Origin: Moniliella sp. 'wahieum'
Lineage: Eukaryota
DNA: 64,000 bases
NCBI GenBank assembly: GCA_003971905.1
Contig: RSEE01000005.1
Location: 744,001 to 808,000 of the forward strand
Reading direction: 5' to 3'
The notes under the pieces are model-generated. The model ran no database searches and was not told the DNA's origin. It worked only from the letters and a program-made list of their open reading frames with translations. The first letter of the stretch is position 1; each line of letters opens with the position of its first letter. A program made the translations under genes and the position numbers. Below, piece by piece: positions 53,983 to 64,000 of the stretch.

Positions 53983-55314
53983 ATGGCGTGGCGCAAACAG
54001 CCTGACCGCAAGCCCAGCGAGCGCGATATGCTCTCCATGTGGCCCGTCAGTAGCTGGCAGCTGTGCCGCAACTTTGTTCTCTCCCAGCTCGCCCTCCGCC
54101 CGCCCGGCGCGCGTACCCACCCCCTCGTTGTCGGTGTCCAAGGCCCGCAAGGTAGTGGTGCGTCCGTTTCGTTCCTGTTCTTCTCCCCGATTCTGCCGTG
54201 CGCAACCGATCCTTGTCTGTCGGACTAGCTGATGGGCTGGCGGGGCTGACCCAGCTGTACCACTTCTTCCAGGCAAGAGCACCCTCGTCCACCGTCTTGC
54301 TGCCGAACTGAGTTCGGGCGGATACCGTCTGCGCGTCGCGGTGCTGAGCATTGATGATCTGTACCTCCCCGCCGACATACTCGCACGCATGCGGGCAGCC
54401 GAACCGGACAACGCATTGCTGGCCGGGCGGGGGCTGCCGGGCACACATGACGTGGCGCTCGGCGAGAGAATCCTGCGCAATGTGCGCAACCTACCTCCGC
54501 TACCCCATGACGCCGCTGAGGATGAGGCGTACGACCCAGTCTACATCCAATCCGCCGAGGAGGCGCGCTTGCCCATGTACGACAAGGGAGCTTTAGACGG
54601 TCGGGGCGATCGATCGTCAATGCCGCACATCGTGCCCCGTCCCCGTCAATTGGACGTGTTCCTCATTGAGGGGTGGTGTCTCGGCTATGCACCGCTGGGT
54701 CCTGCGGGGGTGGCAAAGTGGTACGAAGAAGCGCAACGCAAAGCCGACGCGGGCGGAGTACGGCGCGCGTGCTGGACCACACGTTGGAACAACTGCAGGC
54801 AGTGGATGAGGCACTGGCCACGTATGCGCGACGCTGGTGCGTGTACCTTGATGCCCTAGTCCAGCTCTGGCCTGTGGTGGGGGAGCGGGCGGCACGGAGG
54901 CAGGCAATGAAGCAGATGCTTCGCAGGCGGCCTGGAGCCATGTACATGATTGGCGGTTGGAGGGCGAACGCAAGCTGCGGAATGAGACGGGGCGAGGCAT
55001 GGATGACGCCCAGACAGAGGCGTTCCTAGCACGATATATGCCCGCTTATGAGTTGTGGGGGCGGAAGGCACGGTGGTGCCATTGGCGGAGCACTCAATGC
55101 TGGGCCCGAGCCCTGAAACGGACCGAACAAGCATGTCGGGGGCGGACACAACATCTGACGGACCAGCTGTTGTTTCACGATCACCATCGCGATCCGACTC
55201 CCAATCGGCGGATGAGGCGGAGGACGTGGAACCCTTGCCGCACATGCCCCCCGCGCGCATTCTCGGATCGACCTCAACGCGGAACGTTCAGTGGAAGAAT
55301 GCTCGCTGCGCTAG
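53983..55314 (+). CDS. TDA10: P-loop small-molecule kinase, Tda10/glycerate-kinase-like; intron 54158-54272
   Basis: Walker A GVQGPQGSG|KST split by a GTGCGT..CAG intron. SIDDLYL, RGLPGTHD, PMYDK..GRGDR, IEGWCLG, FLARYMPAYE. Confidence 0.85.
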
Positions 55315-57777
55315 AGGCTTGTTTGTTATACGCATGTGTGGTGCACATGGAAGATGTCGTAGCGAGGACCCTTCCTTGTTTGACTGTCATCGGTGCGCCT
55401 CCACACCCCAGTCTCACATGTCACAGAAGATTCTGAACCAACGAAGAACACTGTTGAAAGCTGCTCTGGCGAGCGTTACTAGCGTATAGAGGCAGATTAT
55501 AGTCTCAGGAGTTGACCTTTGACACAGCCTTCGCACCTGTGTTGTGATAAAGGAGAGACAGCTTCCTTCGACCGTCCCTGTACCGTGAGCAGGCAAAACA
55601 ACTAGAAGTACTATCAGCCTCCCCTGTGCCTTGTCCTTTCTCCAGTGCCTCTTTTGCCATCCTGTCGGTGTTGAGCCATCGGGTGGCTCGTGCTTTGGCC
55701 AATAATGTCCCTTCAGTTCCTCCTCAAGCCTGGGAGTTTCGTTGTTTTAACTCTCTTGTTTTTACTTGTTCCGCAGCTTAGCCCCTGGTGGCAACTCGCT
55801 GCTTGTTGTTCCTCTGCATGCGTTGCTGGTTGGCTTAGACCACCACCACCACCAGTGATATTGCATCACCCTCGAGGACCATCAGGACTCCAGGTCTCAT
55901 CATCCTGTGTTTGCCCCACCCCACCGCTATCTCTTCACGACTGATATCGCTTTCAGTGGATACTTCAATCACTTAGTTATTGTGCTCGTGACCAGCTCCA
56001 CTATCTTTGGCCATCTGGAGCGTGGTCACTGTTGTGGTCACGGCGCAACACACCACAACTCGTTGGGGGCTAAAAAAAGTCGGGGGTAGCTTTTTTCCCC
56101 TGTGGCTGTAAATCCGGGGCCTCTAACCACCACGTTGTCACAGGCCTAGCTAGCGATGCTGGCGATGAGGGATGGAGATGGCATTCAAGAGCTAAGGAGA
56201 GCTAGAGCTATGGGCCTTGATAGGCTCCTGGGCTGGAGGCCAATGGAAGCTCGTGGAAGGTCCGGAACTCACTGCCCCGAGGTGCACTGTGTGCATCGGG
56301 CCACGTGTCACTGAAGGCCGATGGGCTCTAGACCACTGGTGGTCAACACACGTTCAGGTCCAATGTCGCTCATCGCCGCCTTCATGCAATGCCTCAGGCC
56401 CTCAGGTCGCTGTCCTGTCTTTTCCCGGTTCCTTCATGAAGGAGGTCTGTAGATTCCTGAGTCAATCAACTAAAAGGATGTTTGAAGCTTAAAGGCTGCC
56501 GTGCGTATCGATTGTCCAAAATGGGGTGACGAGCGTGACGTGTGATGCGTGACATGTGACACCGTGTGATACTCACCTCTGACAATTGAAACCGATGATG
56601 TATGTGATGCATGACAATCATCTTACGTAGGTGGATGATCGCCTGGTTAGGGTTACAGGTGGAGGCCAGCACCTGCTCATTTCAAATTGCAAAAGGAACA
56701 AATTTTCTCACTATTTATTCTGCTCTCTTCGTCGCCTCCGTCTGTTGCGTCTCCACCACCACCACTACCGACCTTTCCGCTTTGTTCGATGTGTGAACAC
56801 TACTGGTAATGGTAAGCCTCCTTCCTCCTTCCCATCCTCCTTAAGGATGAATCATTTTCACAGACCTGAACCGATCGCTTCGGCGAGGTGCGGCCAACCT
56901 ATATTGCCTTTTCTGATCTTTCGTCTCCTCACCTTCCGGTGTGGGTCATGGATGTGCATGTGAAACCTTGTGCTGACGTTTCTTTCTTGTGTTCGTCTGC
57001 TCTAGTATCTCTCTGTCCTGCCTTGGCTATGCATGCGTACTCTGAACAACTGTGTGTGTGTTTGTATGTAGTGGTTATATATACGTGCTCTTGATCGCAC
57101 TGGCGCTACAAGATGATATCGTGTGAGTTCTGTGTAGCATCCTTGTATGCGCGCTACAGCATCCCAGGCGCGCACCGCAAGCATGCGAAAAAGGACGATA
57201 GCAAAAGCGCGCACTTACGACGCCTGGTCTGCCCCCGCCGCTCATTCGTGGTAGGTGTGCGTCCGCCTGACCGCTCGGCGGCGAGTGGCGGCGCCAACAA
57301 CTGGCCAGCTCGGGCGCGCGTGAGGCGAGGGCCGCGCGCAGGCAACGAATGGGTGGGCAGCGCGGTGGGGGTGGCCCGAGTACGTGAGTGGCAGCGCGGC
57401 CGGTGTGGTTCACGTCAGCACGTGCGCGCGCCGGCACAGGGCCAGTGTGCGGCCGGGTCCGCCCGCTGAGGCGGTGGCTGGTGGGGCGGGCAACGGGGGG
57501 GGCCGGGTGCTAGTGGCTAGTGCCTACTGGCTACTGCCCACGGCGATTTGCCAGCTGCTATCCCCTTGCTAATCCCCAGTTTGCTCTCCGCGCAGCCCAG
57601 CGGCAGCCAGACGGCCGCCAGCACACCCGCCTTCAGGCTCCCCCGCCGCCACTGCCTTACTGGTGCGCATGTCGCCGTTCCTCCGCCCGTGTCGGACGCC
57701 CCCCCAGCATCCGCGTCCGGCGCAACGGCCGCTCCGAGCCCTTCCACCCAAACACCCCCCCCCGCGCCCCATCGACC

Positions 57778-59658
57778 ATGGCCACTCGCCGACGCCCGCC
57801 CACCTCGCCCCGCTCTGCTCAGCTCGCGCCGCCATCGCTCCCCTGCGCTACAGCTCACCAGCCCCTCCCTCCGCCCTCCCCCGGCCACGGCGCCGCCCCA
57901 CCGCGCCCCGCGCCATCGGCCCCCTCTTCCACACTCCCTCGCCAGCCAGCGCGCGCACCGCCCCAAAGCGCCTGCCCCGCGCCAACGTCGCTGCCCAGAC
58001 CCCGTCGCGTGCGCGCGTCGACATGTCGGCCCTGTTCCCGGACGCCGGGCCCGCCCCCCCTCGCGCCGCGACCCGGCGCTTCCACCCGCCCCGCCTATGG
58101 CCTCGCAGCCCCCCCGGGAGCGTCGTCAGCGCCGGCCCGACCCCCGCGCGACCGGCCGTGCGCAAGGTGCAGAGCACCAACAACGTTGCCCATCCCCCTC
58201 CCACCTGGACCGGCTCTCGCCGAGGCCTCTCTCCCACTCCCAGCGCTGGCCCGCCCATTGCCCAAGCGCACGTCCACCCCTCGCTCATCGCCGTCTCCCC
58301 ACCGCTGGCTGCGATCTCCACCAGCCCCTTGGGCCCGGCCTCACGCACCGACGCAAACCACATCACCTTCTCTCGTGGCGGACAGGGACATGCCCGCAGC
58401 ATCAGCAGCATTAGCGGCTCCAATGGCCATCCAGCTGCTCCGCGCGTGCCACGAAGCAGGAGCAACAGCGCGGCCAGCACCCCCTCCGCGGCAGGCGGGG
58501 AGCCTGTAGTGCCCCCTCCAGCCCCGTAAGCAGCATATATAATGCCCAACCGGGCGCAGCATGCAGACCCTGACCCTGAGCTGTGATGGGGCGCAGGCAC
58601 TGGAAGCCGTCTCCGAGGTGGGCGAGCCGACGCTCAATTCTACTCTCCCAGACCGGGGTGGTCATCGAGCAGGAGCCAAGCCGAGGCTGCAACGCTCAAG
58701 CTCGAGGAAGAAGCCAAGAAAGATCGCAAGATCCTGACCTCGAAATCTCTAACCGCAGTCTCTTGACCATCAACGAAGCACTCGAGGTGACCAAGTTGCA
58801 GCAGGCACAGGAGATTCGTGAGCTCAAGCGCCGCTTGCGCCAGTTCAAGCTCGATGGCCCCTTGGGGGAAGAGATGTCATGGGAAGAATCAAGCGAGGAA
58901 GCCTCTGCCTCTGATGAATCGGGGAGTGAATGGGACGAGGAACATGGCTCTGGGACCAAGGATCCACCGCTCAATTTACGGAGGACCCAGTGTTGGCCAC
59001 ACTGAATCTTCGATGCCGCAAGTTGGTAGAGGAGATGACAACGCGCGCCAGAGCAGCGTTGGCCTTTGAGCCATCCAAGGGCCATGTGGGCACGGCGGCA
59101 AAGTCCTTCACCCTGCCAAGTCGCTGCTTTGCGGGCCAACACGACCCTGGAGGAATCGATCGACTTGACCGAAGACGCCTCCCTATCTTTGGATGTTACC
59201 GGGGAAGAGAATGGGTCCCCTTCCCGGCCCATCAGTCCCAGTGGGGCCCGCGTCACCTCCCACCCCAGTGCGATGGAGAGTGATGGATCGCGCGGCACCA
59301 TCGCCAGCGATACGGATGCAACGGACGATTCGATTAGTGCCTCCATTCCGCTGCCCAGATCGTGGCGCGCGTGCCATCGCATACCATTCTTCCCCCCAAA
59401 GTGTCCCTTCGCCACTCCACCCCGCCCGCCGGCGAGTTCCATGGGCATGACCTGCTGAACGGAGGCATTGTCGTCCTCGGCTCGGACGATGCGACGAGAT
59501 GGAATGACTGTCAATGGTGCAGTGTCCCCGTTCTGCCTGCCGCTTCCCTAGGCACCGTTGCGTCCACCTTGCGTCCCCCAAGGCCGGCGCAGCCACGGAG
59601 ATCGAATGTAGTCAGATCTTTCGATCGATTGATCTCTTTTCCTGAGAAAAGGGACTAA
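57778..59658 (+). CDS. Conserved fungal protein of unknown function with a short coiled coil; boundaries approximate
   Basis: Pro/Ser-rich N-terminus and motif DLEISNRSLLTINEALEVTKLQQAQEIRELKRRLR, which I recall as a conserved fungal block. Confidence 0.55.
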
Positions 59659-61141
59659 GACAGCCCGGCATCATGCTTGCTCCGTCACCTCCTTCTTCAT
59701 TTGGGTTCTCTTGGTTCCCTTCGTCCTCGTATGCCTGCCACCTCTACCTCACCCGGTTGTCTTCGAATTGCCCGCGCCGTATGTCGCCTTCTGGGCTGTT
59801 CGCATGTACATTCTGCACTCTATCATCATTCACTTGTCATTCCCAGCGGAGTCTCACCCCTACTGAGTGTCGGACGACCCTGCCAAAGCGCGCCAATAAT
59901 ATTTGCGTCCTGAAGGGGAAGGGCTTGATGCTCTCGTGCGGCTGTTTGGAAGCGATACAGGGTCAGAAAAGTGACTTGCTGTCTTAGCTCTAGAGTCGAC
60001 CCTCCAGAAGAGATATATGGCTCTCGAGGACGATCTTCCCACAATTAGCATATCCGCTGGTATTACCCAGTCATGAGTGCTACAATTTGCCAAGGCGTTT
60101 CTGCCTCTCGGCTTGGGACAGCCAGTGAGGCGCGGAGATTGTGCATTGGCTGTGACGCGCCTGAGAGGGTGGGGGAAGGGAAGAGGAGCCAAAGAAGAAA
60201 GTTGTCAGCAGGCTATCCCTTCCCATGATCAATAACGCACAGCCCCTCTGGTGTTCCTCTTCTATCATTCAAGCAGTGGGCCCACCGATGGGGTCGAGGC
60301 GCGGCCTCCTCACCGTATTAACACCGGCAGGCGAGGTACCAGGGAGGTAACTACAGTCATGATACCACATCTCGCATTTGTCGAATGCGGTTAACGAAAA
60401 GGCGTAGCGAAATGCAGCTGAGCACAACATCTAGAGGCACCTGCGGCGCTTATGCAAATGCTGTGACTAGTACTAGCTTCTAACTTCTCGTCTTTGCGAA
60501 CGACGTGTTGGATAGGATGTTGCCGCAATAGCCCCAGATTCGTCCCAGCTGCGCCAAGTTTGTGCAGCCTATACAAAAACATCGAAGGAAGGGTGATAGC
60601 CAGTACGTATACCTCTATGGACGCAATCCGCCCGTTGATCTGGCTTATGATCTCTTCTGCCGTCCCTCGGTCTGTGTGCTGGAGAAGGGAGCGGGGCTTG
60701 GAAAGGATGTGTATACTGGTTCCAAATGCGGCCACTGGTACTTAGTAAAGGACAGGTTCTGTGATGGCTCGCTACAGGCGCTGGATGCCGGTAACGGCGA
60801 GTGCCCATTTGGAGATGGGTCTTGGGCCCAGCATGGTGCCTGAGGAAGGTCTGAGAGCGCCACTGGGAGTAGGGGCCTGTACAATCCTGAAATGAGGGAG
60901 TCATGACGGGGCCCAGGTGGCGGACGAAGTATAGGCACTAATTAGTGGTCGGGCACAAGGAAGAGCTGGTCTTAGTCACCTAAAATAAGGTGGAGCGCAT
61001 ACCATGCTATGGGCGATTACGATGGCGATATTGGCCCCGGTCCATCCAGGATCTGTGGCCAGTGGACTGCCCTGGAGTCGGCAAGCAGGCACCACATTCA
61101 CCTAACACCATCAGCCGTCTTGAGCTCGAAATAAAAAAGGT

Positions 61142-61237
61142 TCTCCCCTCTGGGAGTCGAACCCAGGACATTCAGAGCGGAAGCGATTCCACGTGACCAA
61201 TTACAATCTGACGCTCTTCCAACTGAGCTAAGGAGAG
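61142..61237 (-). tRNA. tRNA-Tyr(GTA) with ~23-nt intron
   Basis: Acceptor CTCTCCT/AGGGGAG with C1:G72 and discriminator A. D-arm TAGCTCAGTTGGAAGAGC. Anticodon stem TCAGA/TCTGA with loop TTGTAA[intron]C. T-loop GGTTCGACTCC. Oligo-T terminator at 61133-61138. Confidence 0.95.
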
Positions 61238-61941
61238 GGCTTGGCAAGTCGGAACACATTGGGACTATAGGGTGTCTTCGTTTGTATTGCTCTATCGGTT
61301 CTCTTTTTGCTATTTATTTCTCGGTGGTCATCTACTTGCTACTGTTGGAGCGATACCCCAATCACGCCATCCTGCATGATAGGCTTCACCAGCATCCCCC
61401 ATCTTGCCCGCCGAATGCTCTCTCTGTTCCCCATCAGAACCCTGGGCTTATAGGGCCCTATATATACCCTTCTCATACCCTCCTGTGCCTCTACTCAGAA
61501 CAACATCCTCCATCATTCTCCTCCTTAAGTGCTTACATCCTTGCATATGAGCTGAATATTGAGAATGCTGACCCCATTACCCAGATTCGACTCGTACATC
61601 CCCAAAGATCTGAATATGATAGAAGCTAATATAAAGGGGAATGGGCTAACGATCATTTAGGGAGTGGTTCCCGCACGCAACAGCACCACGCGTATTATAC
61701 CAAGATATCGCACGCGAGCACCGTGGGGAGAGGGAAACATAAACGGAAGGTATCAACAGCGTACACACACGCAGAAAGAAGAAACCCAAGCGGCCAATAG
61801 GGCGCGGGACGTAACAAACAGGCCAGCAACAGCGTACAAAAACGGTAACCGTGAAAACGCGCGCGGAGGGGAGGGAAGGGGAGGTGTAGGGGGGAGGCGA
61901 GGTGGCAGTGACAACGGAACGAAAGGCAAAGTATAGGTCAT

Positions 61942-63826
61942 TCAAGCACTCGCATGCGTCGTCTCGAGCTGAACTTCCTCCTGCTTCTCTTCCGGTGAAG
62001 CCAGGGCGCCATCGTGCCAATCGCCCTCCGTCTTTCCCTTTCCCGCTTCACCGACGATCGCCTGAGCAGCGACGGCGGCGCGCTGTTGCCGATCAATCTC
62101 GGCCTGCACATCGTCGCGAGAGGACATGCCCTTGGGGAGCCAGGAGCGCGATGTCCACGCGCGGCAGTTGGGGTCGCAATACATAGCGTTGACCTGCTCC
62201 AGGTTCAAGTCCTTTGTCTCATACACAAAGAAGTAGGCAATCACCGCATTGGCCAGGTTGCAACCGGCAAAGATGTACCCGTATGCGAACCCAATGTCGG
62301 CGGTGATGGGAGTAGTGAACAAGGCCAAGAGGAAGTTCCAGATCCAGTTGGAAAGAGTAGCGAGCGAGGCTTGGCGGGCCCGTGTACGCGAGTCAAATAC
62401 TTCGCCGGTAAAGAGCCAAATGCCGGGAGCCCAGGTACTTGCGTATCCCAAGATAAAGAAGCAGCCCGAGCAAATCATCAGTTTGCCGATACCCGAACTG
62501 AGATGCGGGTCGCCAAGTTTCTTAATGCCGGTCTGCGGATTCGCCTTGTTTCCTGCCACACCCGCAGTGGCAAATACGATGAGCCAAGCGCTGCACCACA
62601 CTCCGCCCCAGATGAGTGGCAAGCGTCGCCCCACCGCTTCCAGCATCCACAACCCAAACAATGTGCAAACAAAATTGACCGCGCCAAAGATAATTTGGGT
62701 GACAAAGGGGTCGGTTACGCCAACGGGAACCATGATCTGGGTTCCATAGTAAAAGAAGTAGTTGGCGCCTGTCAGCTGCTGCCCCATCTGCAAAACCATG
62801 CCCAGTAAAGTACGGTAAAGCGTCTTGTTCTCACCCGGAACGTCTCGGCCCAGGTAACCTTGTTGTCGCGCTCTTCTTGGGCCATAGTGAGGATCTCGTA
62901 AACTCTGCCTCGACATACGGGTCCTTGTCGGCTGCCGTTTTGCCACGTACGATGGCGACCGATTCGCGCGCCTCGTCGTATCTCCCATGAAGTGCAAGCC
63001 AACGAGGTGACTCGGGGCAAAACTGAATAGTGACCGCAAGGAAAGCACCAAAAACATGCCCAGACCAACGGGGACGCGCCACTGGGTTGCATGAGAAGTA
63101 TGCCGAGGGACAGTGCCCGGGGTGGTGCCATAAATGTCTTTCCAGTTGCAGCTGCCAGCACAGCGTGAGGCAATCGCAAAGCAATACGCAATCAGAATCC
63201 CGGCCGTGATAGCCCATTGGTAGGTAGCCACCAGCGTGCCGCGCAGCTGGCGCGGAAGACACTCGGCCTGGTACACAGGCACGCACAGGACAGAGCGCCA
63301 ATGGCCAAACCAGTGATCAGACGCCCCACGGCAAATTGAGCCCAGGCCCAAAACGTGCAGAGTTGGATGATGATACCAATAAAGAAGACCACCACCTCGT
63401 ACTGCATCGCACGACGACGGCCAAAGTAGTCAGCCAAGTAAGCACCAATCAGGGCACCAAACATCGTTCCGATCGACATGAAGGAAACAATTAGACCGTC
63501 GAGCCAGGGGTTTGAGGCCTTGCACTGGATGGCACCCTCACAGACATCAGAGGCGAGGTTGCTGGGGTCCTTCTGGTGTTCAGTGACAGTGCCAAACCGG
63601 TAGAGAAAGTCTTTTGTGTTCGAGATGCCCGAGATCTGAATGAATGAAGCGGGGGGGGTCAGCTCTACAGCTTGTACGCACAGGCAGGAATAAGAAGAAA
63701 AAAAGGGGGCACATATACCTGACCAGTGTCATAGCCAAACAGAAAGCCTCCCATACTGCTGATGAGGCCGACAACCGATCGCGGTGTAGTCAACAGTGGT
63801 GTTGCGCACAGTAATGTGCGTGGCAT
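61942..63826 (-). CDS. MFS sugar porter (hexose transporter family); intron 63636-63718, frameshifts
   Basis: SMGGFLFGYDTGQ|ISG, ADYFGRR, GRLITG, PRQLRG, PESPRWL, QQLTGANYFFYYG, VGRR, ETKDLNLEQV. Confidence 0.93.
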
Positions 63827-64000
63827 GGTAGTGGCGGGGGGTGGTTAAGAGGCGGGGATAGTTGCGAAGAAATCCAAAAAAGCACAGCGTATGTGGAACT
63901 GATGTGTGGTGGGAACGTGGACAAGAGGGTAACGTGCTTTTTTCTGTGTGTGAGGAGAGGGGAATATATATATATACAAAAAGCCCGGCGCCGGAGGTGG

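Noticed and set aside
55430..56100. Decayed coding-like minus-strand sequence
   Set aside because: No recognisable domain; cannot be supported as a gene or transposon.
60391..60938. Short minus-strand ORFs near the tRNA
   Set aside because: No motifs; may be a TE relic but unsupported.
61185..61200. GTCACGTG E-box inside the tRNA intron
   Set aside because: A single 8-mer is compatible with chance.

Overview
Eukaryotic, GC-rich fungal genomic DNA, most likely a basidiomycete yeast (Ustilaginomycotina-like; an inference from short GT..CTRAC..YAG introns, an intron-containing tRNA-Tyr and protein similarity recalled from memory). About 17 protein genes: UBL/AN1 zinc finger, xylulokinase, Byr4/Bfa1-like, Spa2, two Pho85-type cyclins, Rpn10, Caf1/Pop2, Bck1-type MAPKKK, Lrg1 LIM-RhoGAP, Rvs167-type BAR-SH3, ubiquitin-S27a, ribosomal P0, Ccz1-like, Stu1/CLASP, Tda10-like kinase, a conserved coiled-coil protein and a hexose transporter. 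Nearly every gene, including essential ribosomal and proteasome genes, has single-base frameshifts, which points to uncorrected indels in the assembly, so gene boundaries are approximate. Highlights: (1) an intronless actinobacterial-type xylulokinase (XylB) among fungal genes, a horizontal-transfer candidate; (2) a ~1.8 kb Gag-only LTR element with a copia/Ty5-type half-tRNA primer-binding site; (3) an exact 12-mer GTCACATGTCAC repeated in four intergenic regions; (4) a 31-aa repeat family and an atypical activation loop in the Bck1-like kinase; (5) neighbouring cell-wall-integrity/polarity genes. No database searches were run.
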